Below are positions 54,801-58,702 of a stretch of 58,702 nt of DNA, piece after piece. The position numbers and the translations under genes are program-made. How positions within the stretch are numbered: position 1 is the first letter of the stretch; every line of letters begins with the position of its first letter. The stretch is from the NCBI GenBank assembly GCA_001775055.1, contig MFBU01000014.1, positions 59,833 through 118,534 of the forward strand, in the 5' to 3' direction. This stretch comes from Candidatus Curtissbacteria bacterium RIFCSPLOWO2_02_41_11 (GTDB taxonomy: Bacteria > Patescibacteriota > Microgenomatia > Curtissbacterales > GWA2-41-24). The notes below the pieces were generated by a model, which worked only from the letters and a program-made list of their open reading frames with translations, had not been told where the DNA came from and did no database searches.

Positions 54801-55775
54801 ATGAGTATTATCCAAGTTAAAAATTTAACTAAAGTCTATTCAGTTGCCCAAAAACAGCCAGGAATTGTCGGTACTTTAAAATCATTTTTCCATAGGCAAT
54901 ATAAACATATTAGGGCTGTTGATGACATTTCTTTTAAAATTAATGAAGGCGAACTGGTTGGTTTTATCGGCCCCAATGGCGCAGGCAAAACTACAACTCT
55001 AAAAATTCTTTCTGGTCTTCTTTATCCCACATCAGGTCAAGTTTCGGTTGACACTTATATCCCATGGCAAAGAAAACCCCAGTTTCAAAAAGAAATAGCC
55101 TTTGTTGCTGGCCAAAAGAACCAGCTTTGGTGGGATTTACCGGCCTATGAAACTTTTCTTCTAAATAAAGAAATTTATGAAGTTCCAGATCACGATTTTA
55201 AAGAGAGGCTAAGTTATCTTGCCAAAATGCTTGATATCGCCGATTTACTCAATACTCCAGTCAAAAAACTCTCCTTGGGCCAGCGGATGAAGGCGGAACT
55301 GGTTGCTGCTCTAGTTCACGAGCCTTCGATTTTATTTCTTGATGAACCGACAATTGGTCTTGATATCATCGCTCAAAAAAATATGCATGATTTCATCAAA
55401 GGTTACAATTCAAAATTTGGTGCAACAATTATGCTTACCTCTCATTACATGGGCGATGTTGAAAAACTCTGTGATAGGGTAATCATTATCAACAAAGGAA
55501 AAATTGTTTATGATGGCAAACTTGCCCAAATTGTCGACCGATTTGCCAAGCATAAAGTTATTAGTTTGGATTTTGGAAAAAAGATTGAAAGAGAAAAACT
55601 CAAGGATTACGGTAAGGTTCTCACTTTCGATTTGTTGAATGCAAAAATTGAAGTCGAGAGGAACAAAGTCGCAGATATCACCTCGAGACTCTTAAAAGAT
55701 TTACCAATTGTCGATCTTTCGATAGAGGAACCGCCGATCGAGGAAATCATCAGATTATTTTTTACAAAAGAATGA
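54801..55775 (+). CDS. ABC transporter ATP-binding protein
   Basis: Walker A GPNGAGKTT, signature LSLGQRM, Walker B ILFLDEPT. Confidence 0.93.
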   Translation: MSIIQVKNLTKVYSVAQKQPGIVGTLKSFFHRQYKHIRAVDDISFKINEGELVGFIGPNGAGKTTTLKILSGLLYPTSGQVSVDTYIPWQRKPQFQKEIAFVAGQKNQLWWDLPAYETFLLNKEIYEVPDHDFKERLSYLAKMLDIADLLNTPVKKLSLGQRMKAELVAALVHEPSILFLDEPTIGLDIIAQKNMHDFIKGYNSKFGATIMLTSHYMGDVEKLCDRVIIINKGKIVYDGKLAQIVDRFAKHKVISLDFGKKIEREKLKDYGKVLTFDLLNAKIEVERNKVADITSRLLKDLPIVDLSIEEPPIEEIIRLFFTKE

Positions 55776-56569
55776 TTAAATATTTGGCAATCGCCAGAAT
55801 CACTTTTGCTAATCTTTTGCAATATCGATGGGATTTCTTGATTTCGCAATCAAGGATAATTTTACTTTTAATTACTTTATATTTCCTTTGGACTCAAGTC
55901 TTTAAGGCAAAAGCTACACTTTTCAACTTCAGTCAGGCACAGATTATCACCTACGTTTTTTTGGCATCAATTGTCAGGCAGTTCGTTCTAATTAGCGCTA
56001 CCGACCAAATTGCCCAGGAACTGCAGTCTGGGGGAAAATTTTTCTCATATCTTCTCCGTCCGGTCGGTTATTTCCGTTTTTGGTTCACCGTTGATTTAGT
56101 CTACAAAATTACCAGTTTAATTTTTATCATCTTGATAACTTCGGTCATGCTTAACATTTTAAACATCACTTTAACTTGGCCGACGGAGGTTTTCTCAACT
56201 TTACTATTTCTCGTTTCTATTTTTATTGCTTCTCTAATTTACTTTTATATCGGAATTCTAGTTTCCACAACCGGTTTCTGGACCAGCCAAGTTTGGGGAC
56301 TGCAATTTTTGGTGGTTTTGATTTTGGAATTTTGCGCCGGTTCTTATTTTCCTATCGATGTCCTGCCGGCCAATTTGCAATCAATTATTAAACTGACGCC
56401 TTTTCCTTATCTTTTATACTACCCAATTAGTATTTTTCTGGGGAAGTTGTCACTTGTTGAGTCAATCAAAGTTATTACCATCGCCGTTTTGTGGCTTGCA
56501 GCCATTTTTATTATTACCAAATTTATCTGGAACAAAGGTTTAAAAGTTTATGAAGCCTGGGGAGGTTAG
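55772..56569 (+). CDS. ABC-2 family transporter permease
   Basis: 265 aa, about 6 TM segments. ATGA overlap with the ATPase gene. Confidence 0.8.
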   Translation: MIKYLAIARITFANLLQYRWDFLISQSRIILLLITLYFLWTQVFKAKATLFNFSQAQIITYVFLASIVRQFVLISATDQIAQELQSGGKFFSYLLRPVGYFRFWFTVDLVYKITSLIFIILITSVMLNILNITLTWPTEVFSTLLFLVSIFIASLIYFYIGILVSTTGFWTSQVWGLQFLVVLILEFCAGSYFPIDVLPANLQSIIKLTPFPYLLYYPISIFLGKLSLVESIKVITIAVLWLAAIFIITKFIWNKGLKVYEAWGG

Positions 56570-57355
56570 ATGAAATATTTCAGGGTATGGTTAAAGTTGG
56601 GAAGAATGCGGTTTAGGGAGTATTATATTGAATCACGTCTTCATTCGACATTTTTAATTTCTGGAAAACTCGTTCGTTTTTCTTTCTTTTTAATTTTTAT
56701 CATTGCGCTTCTTACAAAAACCGAAAACTTAGCTGGTTTTGGCCTATACCAAACGATACTCTTTTTCATGACCTTTAATCTAATCGATATTACCAGCCAA
56801 TTTTTATTCCGAGGAGCCTATTCAATTCAATGGAACATAAACAAAGGGCAGTTTGATCTAAGCCTAACTCAGCCAATTAATGTGTTGTTCCGGATGGCTT
56901 TTGACATTATTGACCTGCTTGATTTAGCTACTCTACTCCCGGTGCTGGCGGTTTTGGGGTTTGTTATCGCCAGACTTTCAAGCCAAGTCACCTTTAGTGG
57001 CTTTTTGCTTTATTTACTGCTTTGTTTAAATGCGTTATTAATCGCCATGGCAATTCATATATTTATAATTAGTTTTTCGATCTTAACACAGGAAATTAGC
57101 AGTGAGATTTGGATTTACCGGGATTTAATGAATATGGGTAGGTTTCCTATTGACATTTACTCAAAATCAGTTCAAATGGTTTTAACCTTTCTACTGCCTA
57201 TTGCGGTGATGGTAACATTTCCCACCAAAGTTTTACTTGGTGTTTTGTCATGGCAATGGATTATGCTTTCTTTTTTTATCGGAGCAATTTTTATCTTTTT
57301 AAGTCTTAAATTTTGGAAATTTGCCCTAAAAAATTATTCTTCTGTCTCCTCATGA
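56570..57355 (+). CDS. ABC-2 family transporter permease (second subunit)
   Basis: 261 aa, multi-TM. Starts directly after the previous stop. Confidence 0.8.
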   Translation: MKYFRVWLKLGRMRFREYYIESRLHSTFLISGKLVRFSFFLIFIIALLTKTENLAGFGLYQTILFFMTFNLIDITSQFLFRGAYSIQWNINKGQFDLSLTQPINVLFRMAFDIIDLLDLATLLPVLAVLGFVIARLSSQVTFSGFLLYLLLCLNALLIAMAIHIFIISFSILTQEISSEIWIYRDLMNMGRFPIDIYSKSVQMVLTFLLPIAVMVTFPTKVLLGVLSWQWIMLSFFIGAIFIFLSLKFWKFALKNYSSVSS

Positions 57356-57367
57356 TAAGATTAACAT

Positions 57368-57739
57368 ATGGAAAAGCGAGACGGGCCAATTTTGCATGAG
57401 CAAAAAAGTTTCGGCTATGCTATTGAGGGTATTGTTTACAGTTTTAAAAAAGGAACTCATTTCAAAATTCATGTTATCGTTGCCGTTATTGCCATTATTT
57501 TAGGAATTATCTATTCCATCAGCACTTTTGAATGGTTAACTATCATTTTGATCTCCTCGGCAGTGATTGCAGCCGAAACCATCAATACCGCGATTGAGGA
57601 AACTTGTGATGTTTTACATCCCGAGCATCACCCCGGAGCGAGGCTTGCCAAACATTGCGCTGCCGGAGGAGTACTAATTTTATCAATCGCCGCAGTTATC
57701 ATCGGACTAATAATTTTCTTGCCAAAAATCTTTGGTTGA
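57368..57739 (+). CDS. dgkA: diacylglycerol/undecaprenol kinase (DgkA family)
   Basis: 123 aa, 3 TM. INTAIEETCD and AKHCAAGGVL motifs are typical of prokaryotic DAGK. Confidence 0.85.
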   Translation: MEKRDGPILHEQKSFGYAIEGIVYSFKKGTHFKIHVIVAVIAIILGIIYSISTFEWLTIILISSAVIAAETINTAIEETCDVLHPEHHPGARLAKHCAAGGVLILSIAAVIIGLIIFLPKIFG

Positions 57740-57884
57740 GTTTCACTTCTTGTGTTAAAATTCCCTCTGGTAATTATTAATTTTCCATTTACCATCTACC
57801 ATTTATTTATTAATTACTCAATTTGAGAATTTTCAAATGGAAAATAAATGGAATATGGAAAGTGGAAATTGGAAAATTTAATTT

Positions 57885-58702
57885 ATGAAACCATCATTTT
57901 TCATCAAAACCTTCGGTTGTCAACAGAATATCGCCGATTCCCAGCGTATTGCCAGTTATTATTTAGCACGAGGTTATCAGGAAGCCAAATCGATAAAATC
58001 GGCAAGCGAAGTAGTCATCAATACTTGCATGATTCGCCAGTCCGCAGAAGATCGAGTCACGGGATTGGTCAAAAATATAGTCAAATCTGCCAAAGGGCGG
58101 TCCAAAATCATTATCACCGGTTGTATGGTTGGTATGGCCACTCGTGATGACACCGGTAACTATCTAAGAACTCTCCGAAAAAGAATGCCAGAAGTCGATG
58201 AGTTTTTACCACTTGAGGAAGTAGGATTTGATTATCCGGCACTTCGAAACGATGTCACTCACGCGTGGGTGCCGATTTCCAACGGTTGTAATAATTTTTG
58301 CACTTTTTGTGTTGTTCCCTTTACCCGCGGTCGCGAAATCTCAAGACCCTTTAAAGATATCATCAACGAGATTAAAGAATTAGCATCAAAAGGCTGCAAG
58401 GAAGTCACCCTTCTTGGTCAAAATGTCAATTCGTATGGCTCGGACATAATTAGTTCAAAGTTCAACCCGTCCTCGACCGAGTCGAGACGAGGTCGGGAAG
58501 TTCAAAGTTCAAAGTTTTACAAATTGCCAGATGGAAGAAAAGTTAAACCGGTGATGGTAAAACATTTGGGAAGATTACGAATTCCAACTTTATTTCCTTA
58601 TTTATTAGAGGAAGTATGCAAAATCAGGGGGATTGAAACGGTTAAATTCATCTCCTCAAATCCCTGGGATTTTTCCGACGAGTTGATTAAGGTTATTGCC
58701 CA
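57885..58702 (+). CDS. miaB: radical-SAM methylthiotransferase (MiaB-like), 3'-truncated by window end
   Basis: Not in the ORF track (no stop before the window end). Hand translation gives FFIKTFGCQQN...VINTCMIRQSAE...GCM... and the radical-SAM CNNFCTFCVVP. Contains an in-frame GC-rich palindrome at 58466..58497. Confidence 0.85.
   Translation, partial: MKPSFFIKTFGCQQNIADSQRIASYYLARGYQEAKSIKSASEVVINTCMIRQSAEDRVTGLVKNIVKSAKGRSKIIITGCMVGMATRDDTGNYLRTLRKRMPEVDEFLPLEEVGFDYPALRNDVTHAWVPISNGCNNFCTFCVVPFTRGREISRPFKDIINEIKELASKGCKEVTLLGQNVNSYGSDIISSKFNPSSTESRRGREVQSSKFYKLPDGRKVKPVMVKHLGRLRIPTLFPYLLEEVCKIRGIETVKFISSNPWDFSDELIKVIA
58452..58516 (+). repeat. GC-rich palindrome flanked by AGTTCAA heptamer repeats, inside the miaB coding frame
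   Basis: agttcaaagttcaa-cccgtcctcgaccgagtcgagacgaggtcggg-aagttcaaagttcaaagtt. The reading frame stays open (..SSKFNPSSTESRRGREVQSSKF..). Confidence 0.7.

Overview
This window looks like a low-GC, standard-code (TGA = stop) genome of the Candidate Phyla Radiation type. That placement is inference from gene content: small genes, no L30 gene, and extended ribosomal proteins. The conserved backbone is a partial membrane protein, sortase, ruvX and mltG. It continues with rpoB-rpoC, rpsL-rpsG-fusA-tuf and a near-complete S10/spc/alpha ribosomal-protein cluster with secY, adk, map, infA and rpoA. After tRNA-Pro(GGG) come recA-recX, rny, HU, an ABC-2 transporter, dgkA and a partial miaB.

Two accessory islands interrupt the backbone.
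- Island 1 (about 4.8-13.8 kb) holds HigBA-like and VapBC toxin-antitoxin pairs, an XRE regulator and an NYN gene bracketed by HTH gene relics. It also holds a Dcm-Vsr-PD-(D/E)xK module next to a small-protein + GHKL ATPase operon, plus truncated Z1-like, serine-recombinase and IS66-like fragments.
- Island 2 (about 45.4-50.15 kb, ending at tRNA-Pro) holds a frameshifted DDE insertion sequence, a VRR-NUC nuclease, a small protein + retropepsin-like protease pair and an HNH/NUMOD3 endonuclease.

The most unusual signals are non-coding.
- Relic extra copies of the rpoC 3' end, the rpsG 3' end (two extra copies) and the fusA 5' end keep the amino-acid sequence but differ at synonymous sites.
- These relics are joined exactly at small ATATCAG...CTGATAT palindromic elements.
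- A roughly 90-nt two-hairpin element occurs three times inside the ribosomal-protein operon.
- A four-copy hairpin family has compensatory changes; one copy abuts tRNA-Pro and another abuts a degenerate tRNA-Pro 3' fragment.
- Heptamer word repeats fill expanded intergenic spacers.
- GC-rich palindromes occur in island 1, and one sits in frame inside miaB.
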